64,000 nucleotides of DNA from an uncultured virus (IMG/VR IMGVR_UViG_3300022900_000008) (Duplodnaviria > Heunggongvirae > Uroviricota > Caudoviricetes), in IMG/VR virus record IMGVR_UViG_3300022900_000008. One strand, written 5' to 3'. The notes beneath the pieces are model-generated. The model was not told the origin of the DNA and did not search any database. It was given only the letters and a program-made list of their open reading frames with translations. This document shows positions 9,640 through 20,321 of the stretch, piece by piece. Both the position numbers and the translations under genes were made by a program. Each line of letters starts with the position of its first letter. Positions within the stretch are counted from its first letter, which is position 1.

Positions 9640-11229
9640 ATGGCATTTCTAGTAAGCCCAGGTGTTGAGGTCAAAGAAATTGATCTGACCAGCGTAGTCC
9701 CAGCTGTATCTACATCAATAGGAGCCGTTGCCGGACATTTCCGCTGGGGCCCTGTTGAAGAAGTAGTTACTGTTGGTTCTGAAAAGGAATTGGTCAACAA
9801 ATTCGGAGAACCCAGCGCCACAATCTATAATGATTTCCTTAATGCTGCATCATTTTTGCAGTATGGAAACAACCTAAAAGTCTACCGTGGTGTAGGCGCA
9901 GCAGTTAACGCGGACAGCGGTACTGATTCTGGGGACGCAAACGTTCTCGTTAAGAATGAGGACCACTATGATTCGCTAACACTAACAGGTACAGGCGAGT
10001 TCATCGCTAAGTATCCTGGAGCTCTTGGAAACTCGCTAAAGGTAGTCGTAATTAAGAATACCTCTTGGGGCGTTGATTCAGATGCAGCTTCTGTCTCTTG
10101 GCAGGGCCAATTCGATATCGCACCCGATGCTGGCGAAGTACACGTTCTCGTACTTGATGAGGATGGCGACATTTCTGGTTCAGCGAATACTGTTCTTGAA
10201 AAGTTTGCTAATCTATCAGTTACGGCTGGAGCTAAAAACGATGATGGATCATCCAAGTATATCAACGACGTAATTAACCGTACCTCGAAATGGGTATGGG
10301 TTGGTTCCGATGCAGTAAGCGCAACGGGTACTGACGATGATGAGTTTACGTTGTCTGGTGGTACTGATGTTGCACCATCCAGTGTAGCTGCACTTTACTC
10401 AAGCGCATTCGGTGATTCAGAAACTTTGGATGTTAACCTTATCATTGGTGGAGCGGTAAGCTCAACTGATGCTAATACTATCATCGCAGTCGCGGCCGCA
10501 AGAAAGGATTGCGTCGCGTTCGTATCACCACCAATCGCTACTGCAGATGCAGCAGCAACAAAAACATGGGCAGACTCTATCAATTCATCGTCCTACGGTG
10601 TACTTGATTCAGGAGTCATTTATGTCTACGACAAGTACAACGATGCATATCGTTGGATCGGTAACGCAGGTAACACTGCAGGTCTTTGTGCCTATACTGA
10701 TGGTGTCGCAGATGCATGGTTCTCCCCTGCTGGTTTCACACGTGGAGTAATTCGCGGTGTAACTAAGTTGAAGTTTAACCCAACACAAGCCGAAAGAGAT
10801 ACTTTGTACAAGGCTCGAGTGAATCCTATCGCTTCGTTCCCAGGACAAGGAATCGTTCTTTACGGTGACAAAACTGCACAAAGTAAACCTTCTGCATTCG
10901 ATCGTATTAACGTTCGCAGACTGTTTATTACTATGGAGAAGGCAATCTCAACCGCTGCTAAGTTTCAGTTGTTTGAGTTTAACGATGAGTTCACAAGAGC
11001 TCAATTCAGGAATTTGGTCGAGCCGTTCCTGAGGGATATTCAAGGTCGTCGTGGTATCACGGACTTCGCTGTTGTTTGTGACGAAACAAATAACACTGGT
11101 GAGGTAATTGATTCCAACCGCTTCGTTGCAGATATCTTCGTCAAGCCTGCTCGTTCTATCAACTTTATCACGCTAAACTTTATCGCCACTCGTACTGGTG
11201 TAGAGTTCAGCGAGGTCGTTGGACAATAA
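9640..11229 (+). CDS. gp18: Tail sheath protein gp18
   Basis: SPGVEVKEIDLT, WFSPAGFTRG, FDRINVRRLF, KPARSINFITLNF. Confidence 0.97.
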   Translation: MAFLVSPGVEVKEIDLTSVVPAVSTSIGAVAGHFRWGPVEEVVTVGSEKELVNKFGEPSATIYNDFLNAASFLQYGNNLKVYRGVGAAVNADSGTDSGDANVLVKNEDHYDSLTLTGTGEFIAKYPGALGNSLKVVVIKNTSWGVDSDAASVSWQGQFDIAPDAGEVHVLVLDEDGDISGSANTVLEKFANLSVTAGAKNDDGSSKYINDVINRTSKWVWVGSDAVSATGTDDDEFTLSGGTDVAPSSVAALYSSAFGDSETLDVNLIIGGAVSSTDANTIIAVAAARKDCVAFVSPPIATADAAATKTWADSINSSSYGVLDSGVIYVYDKYNDAYRWIGNAGNTAGLCAYTDGVADAWFSPAGFTRGVIRGVTKLKFNPTQAERDTLYKARVNPIASFPGQGIVLYGDKTAQSKPSAFDRINVRRLFITMEKAISTAAKFQLFEFNDEFTRAQFRNLVEPFLRDIQGRRGITDFAVVCDETNNTGEVIDSNRFVADIFVKPARSINFITLNFIATRTGVEFSEVVGQ

Positions 11230-11241
11230 GGAGAGTAAGAG

Positions 11242-11769
11242 ATGGCAATTTTAGGAGTAGATGACTTTAAGTCAAAGCTCGTAGGTGGCGGTGCACGTTC
11301 CAACCTTTTCAAGGCCACTGTTAACTTTCCTAGTTACGCGGCTGGCAACGTCGAGCTGACATCCTTCATGTGTAAGGCTGCTCAGTTACCTGCATCAATC
11401 ATTGCACCTATCACGGTACCATTCCGTGGTCGTCAGGTACAATTTGCAGGTGATCGTACGTTTGAACCTTGGAATATCACTATCATCAACGACGTAAACA
11501 TGGAAGTGCGCAATGCATTTGAGCGTTGGATGAATGGTATTAACCAACATCAGAACAACACTGGTCTAACTAACCCAGCGGATTATCAAGCAGATATGAT
11601 CGTTGAGCAGTTGGACAAATCAGGTGTTGTGACTAAACGTTATGATTTCCGTGGAACATTCCCGACAAACGTTTCGGCTATCGATCTATCATACGATAAC
11701 GAAAACGCAATCGAGGAATTCACGGTTGAGCTTCAAGTTCAGTACTGGGAATCCGGCACTACAACTTAA
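11242..11769 (+). CDS. gp19: Tail tube protein gp19
   Basis: GGGARSNLF, VPFRGR...AGDRTFEPW, IEEFTVELQVQYW. Confidence 0.97.
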   Translation: MAILGVDDFKSKLVGGGARSNLFKATVNFPSYAAGNVELTSFMCKAAQLPASIIAPITVPFRGRQVQFAGDRTFEPWNITIINDVNMEVRNAFERWMNGINQHQNNTGLTNPADYQADMIVEQLDKSGVVTKRYDFRGTFPTNVSAIDLSYDNENAIEEFTVELQVQYWESGTTT

Positions 11770-11829
11770 GCGATAAATAGTATAGCGGGGAGGGTCTATC
11801 CTCCCCGTGTTACTACACAGAGGTGAAAG

Positions 11830-13332
11830 ATGGCTGAACTATTTGGATTTGAAATAAAACGTAAAGGACAGGAAGAAACCGACGAAAAGAAAAAAGTTTC
11901 GTTTGTTCCACCTGAGACTGATGACGGCCTTGGTCAGGTAATCAATGCTGGAGGATACTTCGGTTCCTACCTAGACATGGATGCATCTTCAGCCAAAACC
12001 GAAAAAGAACTAATCATGAAGTATCGTGATGCATCGTTCCAACCAGAATGCGATGCTGCGATCGAAGACATCATTAACGAAGCAGTGGTATCGGACACTG
12101 ACGGTGTTCCGGTTAAACTTATCCTTGATGATTTGGATCAACCAGCAAAAATCAAAAAGCTAATGCTTGAAGAGTTTGAGACTGTGGTCAATCTCTTAAA
12201 CTTTAGTTGGTACGGTCATGAGATTTTTAGAAGATGGTACGTTGATTCCAAACTATACTATCACAAGATTATCGATAACGCGGATCCAAAGCGTGGGCTA
12301 ATAGAAGTAAGACCTATTGACGCTACTAAGATTCGTAAGGTAAAAGAGGTCGAACACGATACCGATAAGAAGACTGGTATTAAGATCGTAAAGGATGTTA
12401 AAGAATACTACATCTATCAAAACGAACCTCTTGATAAGTCCAACCAAGGGCTAAAGATTTCTAAGGATGCGGTTACATACATTCCTTCTGGTCTGTTGGA
12501 TCCATCCCGTAAGAAGGTATTAGGTTATCTTCATAAAGCACTAAAGCCAGTGAATCAGCTTCGTATGATGGAAGATTCGTTGGTTATCTACCGCCTCTCG
12601 CGCGCACCCGAGCGCAGGATCTTTTATATCGACGTAGGTAACTTACCTAAGGGTAAGGCGGAGGAATACCTTCGCAACATTATGTCAAAATACAGAAACA
12701 AGATGGTGTATGATGCTAATACCGGCGAACTCAAGGACGATCGTAAACACATGTCGATGCTCGAGGACTTCTGGCTACCGCGTAGAGAAGGTGGTCGAGG
12801 TACAGAGATCACGACCCTACCAGGAGGGGAAAACCTCGGACAGATCGAAGACATCATCTATTTTCAAAAGAAATTGTACAGAGCGCTCAACGTTCCAACT
12901 GACCGTCTAGAACAAGAATCACAGTTTGCTCTTGGAAGAGCCACAGAGATTACTCGTGATGAACTAAAATTCCAGAAGTTTATCGCCAGACTTCGTAAAA
13001 AATTCTCAGGTCTTTTCATGGACTTGTTGAAAACTCAGTTGATCCTAAAAGGAATCATTACTGAGGGTGAGTGGAAAGAAATCAGTCAAGACATAAACAT
13101 TGACTTTTTGAAGGACACGCACTTTGTTGAACTGAAAGAGTCGGAACTTTTAAGGGAACGTATGTCTACCCTTAGAGAACTCGATGAATATGTTGGTAAA
13201 TACTATTCTATTGAGTGGGTTCGTAAGAACATCTTAATGCAAACCGACGATGAGATCGAAATGATTGATAAGCAAATCAATGCCGAAAAGGAAGACGGTG
13301 AAGAAGGCGATATCAGTATTGATGATCTCTAG
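11830..13332 (+). CDS. gp20: Portal protein gp20
   Basis: YRLSRAPERRIFYIDVGNLPK, EDFWLPRREGGRGTEITTLPGG. Confidence 0.98.
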   Translation: MAELFGFEIKRKGQEETDEKKKVSFVPPETDDGLGQVINAGGYFGSYLDMDASSAKTEKELIMKYRDASFQPECDAAIEDIINEAVVSDTDGVPVKLILDDLDQPAKIKKLMLEEFETVVNLLNFSWYGHEIFRRWYVDSKLYYHKIIDNADPKRGLIEVRPIDATKIRKVKEVEHDTDKKTGIKIVKDVKEYYIYQNEPLDKSNQGLKISKDAVTYIPSGLLDPSRKKVLGYLHKALKPVNQLRMMEDSLVIYRLSRAPERRIFYIDVGNLPKGKAEEYLRNIMSKYRNKMVYDANTGELKDDRKHMSMLEDFWLPRREGGRGTEITTLPGGENLGQIEDIIYFQKKLYRALNVPTDRLEQESQFALGRATEITRDELKFQKFIARLRKKFSGLFMDLLKTQLILKGIITEGEWKEISQDINIDFLKDTHFVELKESELLRERMSTLRELDEYVGKYYSIEWVRKNILMQTDDEIEMIDKQINAEKEDGEEGDISIDDL

Positions 13333-13374
13333 AAATTTAATTTTTTATAAATAAAATAGAATGAGGATAATAGA

Positions 13375-13611
13375 ATGGCTGACGTAATGGATTTCGTAAC
13401 ACAAGTAGGCTCAGGTAATATGGCTGATGCTGAAAAATCGTTTGCGAATGTTATGCAGGATAAAATTAATTCTGCAATGAATGACCGAAAAATTGAATTG
13501 GCCAACACCATGGCTGGAGTTGAAACCGCCGTTGAGGTGGATGAGATTGAAACAGAACAAGAGGTAGAAACAGATGATGAAATTCACGGAGTTTCGGACG
13601 AGTCTGAGTGA
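13375..13611 (+). CDS. Prohead core protein (gp67-like)
   Basis: Small, acidic C-terminus, directly after gp20 as in T4. Confidence 0.6.
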   Translation: MADVMDFVTQVGSGNMADAEKSFANVMQDKINSAMNDRKIELANTMAGVETAVEVDEIETEQEVETDDEIHGVSDESE

Positions 13612-13807
13612 AGCCTCTTTTAAGTTGAAGCCAGGTGAAAAGCAGGTAAAAAAGTTTAAGGTTGGCAAAGGCAAATACGACGCAGTCGTTTCTAAAAAAG
13701 GTTCAGATTTTATCGCTTATGTAGATGGCGATATGTTAGACAAATTTAAGTCCGCAAAGGAAGCAGAAAAAGCTGCTAAAGATTTTACGGATTTGATGGG
13801 GAAGTAA
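13577..13807 (+). CDS. Prohead core/internal protein (gp68 position)
   Basis: Lys-rich; N-terminus MKFTEFRTSLSE resembles a capsid-targeting sequence. Confidence 0.5.
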   Translation: MKFTEFRTSLSEASFKLKPGEKQVKKFKVGKGKYDAVVSKKGSDFIAYVDGDMLDKFKSAKEAEKAAKDFTDLMGK

Positions 13808-13810
13808 CAA

Positions 13811-14029
13811 ATGGCATGGGTCGCTATTACAAATAATCCCAACTGGGAATATGATAATGCACCAGCCGATCCTGGCGTTGGTAGTCCATATCGTCCGCTC
13901 TGGTTAAAACAAACTAGCGGAGTTAGGACTTTCAAAGGTCATGAGGTTTATACAAAAGTTCGGAGAGTCGGAGATTCACCAACAGCGAATCGCGGCGAAC
14001 TGAGCAAAACATATTGGGATAATCAATGA
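13811..14029 (+). CDS. Hypothetical protein in the head module
   Basis: 72-aa ORF coupled to gp21. Confidence 0.55.
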   Translation: MAWVAITNNPNWEYDNAPADPGVGSPYRPLWLKQTSGVRTFKGHEVYTKVRRVGDSPTANRGELSKTYWDNQ

Positions 14030-14673
14030 AGCTGATTACAGAATACACTGAGGACCTTCAGTACAGTATCATTACCGAAGAGAAGAACGGTAAGAAACAA
14101 CGTATTATTGAAGGAGTCTTTATGCAGGCCGAGCAGAAGAATCGCAACGGCCGTGTGTATCCTCGAGCAACATTAGAATCCGCAGTTGACAAATATGTCA
14201 GCGAACAAGTTTCCAAGAGTCGGGCAGTCGGTGAGTTAAATCATCCAGAAGGTCCGTCTATTAACTTGGATAAAGTATCTCATCGCATCACCGAACTAAA
14301 ATGGGATGGTGATAATGTGATGGGTAAAGCACTCGTGTTGGATACTCCTATGGGTAGGATCGTTGAAGGTCTTATGGATGGTGGGGTTCAGCTCGGTGTT
14401 TCAAGTCGTGGTATGGGTAGTCTTGTGCAAAAGAACGGCGCTAACGTAGTCAGTAATGATTTTATGTTATCAGCCGTCGATATAGTTCAGGATCCTTCCG
14501 CTCCAGAGGCGTTTGTCAATGGAATCATGGAAGGTGTTGAATGGATTTGGGATAATGGAATCCTAAAGGCGCAAGAAATTGAACGGTTCGAGACTGAGAT
14601 CAAACGGGCACCATCTAACCGCTTAGCGGAAACACAGATGAAAGCCTTCAAAGATTTCCTCTCAAAACTTTAA
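14026..14673 (+). CDS. gp21: Prohead protease gp21
   Basis: KNRNGRVYP, GELNHP, GVSSRGMGSL, DIVQDPSAPEAFV. Confidence 0.97.
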   Translation: MKLITEYTEDLQYSIITEEKNGKKQRIIEGVFMQAEQKNRNGRVYPRATLESAVDKYVSEQVSKSRAVGELNHPEGPSINLDKVSHRITELKWDGDNVMGKALVLDTPMGRIVEGLMDGGVQLGVSSRGMGSLVQKNGANVVSNDFMLSAVDIVQDPSAPEAFVNGIMEGVEWIWDNGILKAQEIERFETEIKRAPSNRLAETQMKAFKDFLSKL

Positions 14674-14693
14674 CTCGATTAGGAGTAAAAAAA

Positions 14694-15758
14694 ATGTCTG
14701 ATCAAAAATTAGATCCGATCGAGGACATCAAAGAACTCCAAGATGATGTCGTTGAAGACGTTGAAGTTTCTGACGAAGAAACCTTGGAAGAGGCTCAAGC
14801 CCCGGTTGCTAAGGGTAAGGCTGACATGGAAGTTGATGGAGAAAAGGCTGCTGCCGACGTTGCTGCTACAGTAAAAAAATCAGCACCCGCTAAAACATCG
14901 CTACCAAAAACAAAGGCAGGCATGATTAATGCTATGTCTATGCAGATGTCCAAAATGAAAAAAGATGAACTGAAGGCTGCATACGAAGCAATGTGTGCAA
15001 CTGAAGGTCTCGAAACTGACGAAGACGCTATCGTCGAAGGCAACTTTGATGAGGATCTGAATGCTCTGGTTGATTCCGAAGCAACTCTTTCCGAAGGGTT
15101 CAAGGAAAAGGCTGAAGTAATTTTTGAAGCAGCGCTGAAGGTAAAACTTGCTGAGCACATTGAAAGTGTTGATGCACAGTATGCCGAAGAGCTTGCTGAG
15201 GAAACTACACGCATCCAGAACGACCTTGTTGAAAAAGTCGATGGCTACCTAAACTACGTTGTAGAGAATTGGATGGAAGAAAACAAAATTGCGATTGAGA
15301 ACGGTCTCCGTACTGAAATCGCTGAGTCATTCATTCAAGCATTGCATGGCGTATTTACTGAGCACTACATTGAGGTACCTGAAGGTAAGGCTGACCTAGT
15401 TGACGATCTCGCCAACAAAGTCGACGAACTGGAAGAGCAGCTTAATGGCACAGTAGAGAAAAACATTGATCTGAAGGAGGAGGTTGCAAAACTTACTCGT
15501 GAGGCAATCATTGTTGAGTCTAGTGCAGGTCTCTCTGAAGCACAAGCTGAGAAGCTTAAGGGTCTTGTTGAAGACGTAAACTTTGAGAGCGCAGAAGCCT
15601 TTGCTAAAAAGGTTGATACGATCAAGGAGTCTTACTTTAAGCAACAAGTAACTGAAACTCAACCCATGCAGGAAGAAACTACTGAAGCGTCGGACGAAGT
15701 TGAACACTCGCCGATGATGGAAGCATATCTTGCTGCGATTAAAAAATCATCTCAATAA
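14694..15758 (+). CDS. gp22: Prohead scaffold gp22
   Basis: Acidic coiled coil; KVDGYLNYVVENWMEEN..AIENGLRTEIAESF. Confidence 0.95.
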   Translation: MSDQKLDPIEDIKELQDDVVEDVEVSDEETLEEAQAPVAKGKADMEVDGEKAAADVAATVKKSAPAKTSLPKTKAGMINAMSMQMSKMKKDELKAAYEAMCATEGLETDEDAIVEGNFDEDLNALVDSEATLSEGFKEKAEVIFEAALKVKLAEHIESVDAQYAEELAEETTRIQNDLVEKVDGYLNYVVENWMEENKIAIENGLRTEIAESFIQALHGVFTEHYIEVPEGKADLVDDLANKVDELEEQLNGTVEKNIDLKEEVAKLTREAIIVESSAGLSEAQAEKLKGLVEDVNFESAEAFAKKVDTIKESYFKQQVTETQPMQEETTEASDEVEHSPMMEAYLAAIKKSSQ

Positions 15759-15770
15759 GGAGAAAGTCCA

Positions 15771-17156
15771 ATGTTTGGTTCCGATCAATTAATGGAAAAA
15801 TGGAACCCAGTACTTGACGCCGAAGGCGCACCTGCACTGGGTGACAAATATAAGAAAGCGGTAACTGCTGCTGTTCTTGAAAACACAGAGAAGGCTCTGA
15901 AAGAAGAGCGTGCGCAAGCATCGTTCAACTTGACTGAGGCGGCTCCTGTTAACTCTACTTCAGCCGGCACAGGCGCAATTAACAACTGGGATCCAGTATT
16001 GATCTCACTCGTTCGTCGTGCAATGCCTAACCTGATTGCATATGACATTGCTGGTGTTCAGCCAATGTCTGGTCCTACTGGCCTGATCTTCGCTATGAAG
16101 TCTCGCTACAACGACAACGCATCTCGTACTTCTGCTACTGAAGCACTGTTCAACGAAGCTGACACTGATTACAGCTCAAGCTCGTTCAACGGTAACACTG
16201 GTACAGCTAAGAACGGTACACACGGTGGCGATTCTTCGTCTCTGCCTAACTTCTCCGTCGATGCAGACTCAGCTGATTCTGGTTCTGACAACGTAGGAGA
16301 TACTTTTGGTTTCGGTGGTGGTATGACTACTGCAGAAGCTGAAGCACTTGGTGATAGCTCAACCAACGCGTTTGGTGAAATGAGCTTCACTATTGACAAA
16401 GCTACTGTGACTGCTCGTAGCCGTGCTCTGAAAGCTGAGTACACTATGGAGCTTGCACAGGATCTTAAAGCTATCCACGGTTTGGATGCTGAATCTGAGT
16501 TGGCAAATATCTTGTCTGCTGAGATCCTTGCAGAAATCAACCGCGAGATGGTTCGTACAATCAACTCACGCGCTAAGCTCGGTGCCCAGCAAGCTGACCT
16601 GACAACTGCAGGTATCTTCGACTTGGATACTGACGCTGATGGCCGTTGGTCTGTTGAGAAGTACAAAGGTCTGTTGGTACAGATCCAGCGTGAAGCAAAT
16701 GTTATCGCACGTGAAACACGTCGCGGTAAAGGTAACTTCATCCTGTGTTCTTCTGATGTAGCTGCTGCACTTTCTGCTTCTGGCATGTTGGATTATACTC
16801 CAGCTCTTGCTGGCAATGCAGGTCTTGCTGTTGACGATTCAGGTAACACCTTCGCAGGTACACTTACAGGTGGCATTAAGGTCTACATCGACCCATATGC
16901 AACTGTGAACTACTTGACTGTTGGTTACCGTGGTGCTAACCCATACGACGCAGGTATGTTCTATTGCCCATACGTTCCATTGACTATGGTTCGTGCAGTT
17001 GGTGAGAACAACTTCCAGCCGAAGATTGGTTTCAAAACTCGCTACGGCATGATCGCCAACCCATTTGTTGAAGCTTCACCAGACGGAATCGGTACTGCTC
17101 GTCAGAACCAATACTTCCGTATTATGCGTGTCGACAACATTCTTGGCGAAGGCTAA
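15771..17156 (+). CDS. gp23: Major capsid protein gp23
   Basis: LVRRAMPNLIAYDIAGVQPMSGPTGLIFAM, ELAQDLKAIHGLDAE, FQPKIGFKTRYG. Confidence 0.99.
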   Translation: MFGSDQLMEKWNPVLDAEGAPALGDKYKKAVTAAVLENTEKALKEERAQASFNLTEAAPVNSTSAGTGAINNWDPVLISLVRRAMPNLIAYDIAGVQPMSGPTGLIFAMKSRYNDNASRTSATEALFNEADTDYSSSSFNGNTGTAKNGTHGGDSSSLPNFSVDADSADSGSDNVGDTFGFGGGMTTAEAEALGDSSTNAFGEMSFTIDKATVTARSRALKAEYTMELAQDLKAIHGLDAESELANILSAEILAEINREMVRTINSRAKLGAQQADLTTAGIFDLDTDADGRWSVEKYKGLLVQIQREANVIARETRRGKGNFILCSSDVAAALSASGMLDYTPALAGNAGLAVDDSGNTFAGTLTGGIKVYIDPYATVNYLTVGYRGANPYDAGMFYCPYVPLTMVRAVGENNFQPKIGFKTRYGMIANPFVEASPDGIGTARQNQYFRIMRVDNILGEG

Positions 17157-17185
17157 TAATAAGAAGGTACATTAATGTACTCGTT

Positions 17186-17212
17186 GAAGGGGGCTTAGGC
17201 CCCCTTCTTTTT
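17186..17212 (+). terminator. Rho-independent terminator after gp23
   Basis: GAAGGGGGC-TTAG-GCCCCCTTC followed by TTTTT. Confidence 0.9.
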
Positions 17213-17228
17213 GTGTATAAATAGTTAT

Positions 17229-17312
17229 ATGATTAGAAAATATATGAAGAAACTACACAAACTAATGAAGGCAGGTAGACTACACAAAGTAGTCAATATG
17301 GCTTTAGACTAG
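17229..17312 (+). CDS. Possible 27-aa basic peptide
   Basis: MIRKYMKKLHKLMKAGRLHKVVNMALD, starting 5 nt after late promoter 17216-17223. Confidence 0.35.
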   Translation: MIRKYMKKLHKLMKAGRLHKVVNMALD

Positions 17313-17323
17313 AGGTTTAGCAA

Positions 17324-17839
17324 ATGGCATATCAGCTTAACGTCGATTTTAGCGAGGGCGCAGAGACGAGCCAAGTAATCGCTAACCCAACATTCGTAAG
17401 TCCTTCCGGATTTAGGTTGTTGATCGATAACCAAAAGTATAAGAACGCTCAGTTTACGGTACAAACCGTTGCGCTTCCTGACTTGTCGGTTACTGGTGCA
17501 CCGTTAAATACACCACAAAGAAACATTACCTCAATGCCAGATAAGGTCGAGTATGGTCAATTTGAAATGACCTTTTTGATCGACGAGGATCTGGTTAACT
17601 ATAAAGAAATTCACGATTGGATGATGGGTCTTGTGGTCGAGGACGATACTGGTGTTCGTAAACAACGAGACATGTCTTTAATGATTTTGAACTCTCACAA
17701 CAACGTATCACGTGAGATTAAGTTCACTGACGCGTATCCAACGAACCTATCGTCTCTACCATTTGATGCTAGCTCAACCGATGTTGAGTACCTAGTAGGC
17801 AACGTAACGTTTAACTACTCCTACTTTAAGCTCGTATAA
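17324..17839 (+). CDS. gp3: Tail completion/tube terminator gp3-like
   Basis: SPSGFRL, FLIDEDLVNYKEIHDWM, FTDAYPTNLSSLPF. Confidence 0.85.
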   Translation: MAYQLNVDFSEGAETSQVIANPTFVSPSGFRLLIDNQKYKNAQFTVQTVALPDLSVTGAPLNTPQRNITSMPDKVEYGQFEMTFLIDEDLVNYKEIHDWMMGLVVEDDTGVRKQRDMSLMILNSHNNVSREIKFTDAYPTNLSSLPFDASSTDVEYLVGNVTFNYSYFKLV

Positions 17840-17882
17840 ATAATTTTGTATCCTAATGTTGGGATACGCTTTGAGGTATATT

Positions 17883-18329
17883 ATGATCACGATTGACAAA
17901 GTCCTTGAGATGTGGAAGAACGACTCTCCTATCGATGAGTTAAACCTAGACACTGCTAGTCAGCAGTCTGCAAAACTACACTCCAAATATTTAGAACTAC
18001 TATCAGTAACAAAGCTTCAGCTTCGTAAGAAGGAGATGGAGTTCAAAGTGCTGCTTAAGAACAAATGGCTGTGGTACAATGGCAAAATGTCAAAAGCAGA
18101 GATGGATAAACTAGGTTGGGGGTACGATCCATTGAATGGTCTTAAGGTATTAAAAGGCGACATGGATCATTTTTATGATTCAGACCAACACATTCAAGAA
18201 GCTAACGCTCACATTGAGTATCTCCAAACACTGGTTGATACCCTTTCTGAGATCATGGAAAACATCAAGTGGCGGCATCAAAATATTGGTAATATGATTA
18301 AGTGGCGCCAGTTTACATCGGGCATGTAA
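17883..18329 (+). CDS. uvsY: Recombination mediator UvsY
   Basis: LHSKYL, KWLWYNGK, IGNMIKWRQFTSG; ATG at 17883 after GAGG. Confidence 0.9.
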   Translation: MITIDKVLEMWKNDSPIDELNLDTASQQSAKLHSKYLELLSVTKLQLRKKEMEFKVLLKNKWLWYNGKMSKAEMDKLGWGYDPLNGLKVLKGDMDHFYDSDQHIQEANAHIEYLQTLVDTLSEIMENIKWRHQNIGNMIKWRQFTSGM

Positions 18330-19828
18330 TGTCAGTACTGACTGTTAAGAAAAAGAATCACGCGTATATAACCGTTGATGGAGAACCGTCGGCTTTGAAC
18401 GAGCTGACTGATTTCTTCACCTTCTTTGTTCCTGGGTATAAGTTTATGCCTGCGTACAAAAACAAAATGTGGGACGGTCGTATTAGGTTATACAACTCTC
18501 AGACCAAAGAGCTGTATGCTGGATTGTTTGCGTATCTTAACGAGTTTGCTAGTTTAGAACGTGGCCATACTATTGAGCTGCAAGAAGATCTTGTGTATGG
18601 TTACCCTGGAGCAGAGACTGACGTTGATATGTCGTTCATGAATGACCTAACTATATCATCGAAAGGACAAGCAATTGAGCCTAGGGATTATCAGCTTGAA
18701 GCGATTAGGCACGGTCTCAGTCGGAAGTCTGCCTTACTTGTTTCACCTACGGCATCGGGAAAGTCACTCATCATATACAGTCTACTTCGATGGTACCTTG
18801 CAAATCACGATAAGAGGGTCCTTATTATTGTACCGACAACCTCGTTGGTTCAACAAATGTATTCTGACTTCGCTGACTACTCTGCATACGATGATGGTTT
18901 CGACACTGAGTCTAGTTGTCACAGGATATACGCTGGCAGACCTAAGTTCGCCGAAAACGAAAGGGTGGTTATCTCAACTTGGCAATCAATATATAAACTT
19001 CCTGGGACTTGGTTCGAACAGTTTGGCGCGGTGTTCGGCGACGAGGCGCATAATTTTAAGGCGAAGTCTCTTACCTCTATACTTACTAAGCTGCGTGATG
19101 CTGAGTATCGTTTTGGTACCACTGGTACTCTTGATGGGACGCAGACCCATAAACTTGTCTTGGAGGGATTGTTTGGACCAGCATATTATGTCACTACCAC
19201 TAAGGATCTGATGGATAAGGGTTCGCTGGCTGACCTAACTATCAACGTACTTTTACTTAAGTATTCTGACGAATTATGTAAACGTATAAATAAAATTAAA
19301 TATCAAGAAGAACTCGACTTTATCGTTACACACCAACCTCGCAATTTGTTTATTAGTAACTTAGCACTGGACCAAGAAGGAAATACCCTAGTACTTTTTC
19401 AGTATGTAGAAAAGCACGGTAAACCATTATATGATATGATCAATGACCGAGCTCACCGTAGAAGAAAAATATTTTTCGTGTCTGGTTCAACTGATGTCGA
19501 TACTCGAGAGCAAATAAGATCGATTACGGAGAACGAAAAAAATGCTATCATTGTCGCTAGTCTTGGTACTTTCTCTACTGGTATTAATATACGGAACCTG
19601 CATAATATCATATTTGCTTCTCCGTCTAAATCGCAGATCAGAGTCTTACAGTCAATCGGACGAGGATTACGGAAATCAGAAGATGGACGAGATACAATCC
19701 TGTTTGACATCGCCGATGATCTCCACTGGAAAAAGAACAAAAATTACACGCTCAATCATGCGGCTGAGAGAATAAAGATATATACTAAAGAAAAATTTAA
19801 CTACAAGATTTATGAGGTTAACATATGA
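18329..19828 (+). CDS. uvsW: DNA helicase UvsW
   Basis: PRDYQ, SPTASGKS, GDEAH, QSIGRGLR superfamily 2 motifs. Confidence 0.96.
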   Translation: MSVLTVKKKNHAYITVDGEPSALNELTDFFTFFVPGYKFMPAYKNKMWDGRIRLYNSQTKELYAGLFAYLNEFASLERGHTIELQEDLVYGYPGAETDVDMSFMNDLTISSKGQAIEPRDYQLEAIRHGLSRKSALLVSPTASGKSLIIYSLLRWYLANHDKRVLIIVPTTSLVQQMYSDFADYSAYDDGFDTESSCHRIYAGRPKFAENERVVISTWQSIYKLPGTWFEQFGAVFGDEAHNFKAKSLTSILTKLRDAEYRFGTTGTLDGTQTHKLVLEGLFGPAYYVTTTKDLMDKGSLADLTINVLLLKYSDELCKRINKIKYQEELDFIVTHQPRNLFISNLALDQEGNTLVLFQYVEKHGKPLYDMINDRAHRRRKIFFVSGSTDVDTREQIRSITENEKNAIIVASLGTFSTGINIRNLHNIIFASPSKSQIRVLQSIGRGLRKSEDGRDTILFDIADDLHWKKNKNYTLNHAAERIKIYTKEKFNYKIYEVNI

Positions 19829-20214
19829 ATGAGCTAGACGACGTCAACATTCGCCATTTCAAGTTGTCCTCGGGGGAGGAGCTGATTTCTTTGGTTAAGG
19901 GTAATGAGAATACTATGATTATTCTTGAGTCCCCTATGGAACTACACACGATGATGAAAGAGCGGACTCAAGGATTTGTTTTCACTAAGTGGCAACCACT
20001 ATCTAAAACTGACATCGTTGCGCTAAACCCCATGCATATCGTATCACACGTCGAGTGTGACAATGATGTTAAGGAAAGATACGTAAGGATGTGTTTGGAA
20101 CAGAAGGATTATCCTGAAGAACTAGAAGATCCTTCGTATAATGATTCGCCTGAGGAACTAGACATGCTTGAGGCTATGATGGAACTAAACTCTAGTAAAA
20201 CTAAGCTCCATTAA
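19825..20214 (+). CDS. Conserved T4-like hypothetical protein (Sm-like fold)
   Basis: FKLSSGEELIS motif; usual position between uvsW and gp55. Confidence 0.6.
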   Translation: MNELDDVNIRHFKLSSGEELISLVKGNENTMIILESPMELHTMMKERTQGFVFTKWQPLSKTDIVALNPMHIVSHVECDNDVKERYVRMCLEQKDYPEELEDPSYNDSPEELDMLEAMMELNSSKTKLH

Positions 20215-20248
20215 TATAGTATATCCCCTGCTCCCGGCGGTACAATTA

Positions 20249-20291
20249 ATTATAACACAGTTTCCTAGATATGTAAATAGCTAATATGCAT
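20249..20291 (-). promoter_or_regulatory. Minus-strand early-type promoter
   Basis: Reverse complement reads TATGCATATTAGCTA-TTTACA-N17-TATAAT; upstream element identical to the + strand promoter at 23969. Confidence 0.75.
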
Positions 20292-20321
20292 ATTTATGAA
20301 ATTATTTTTATTAATTAACTA

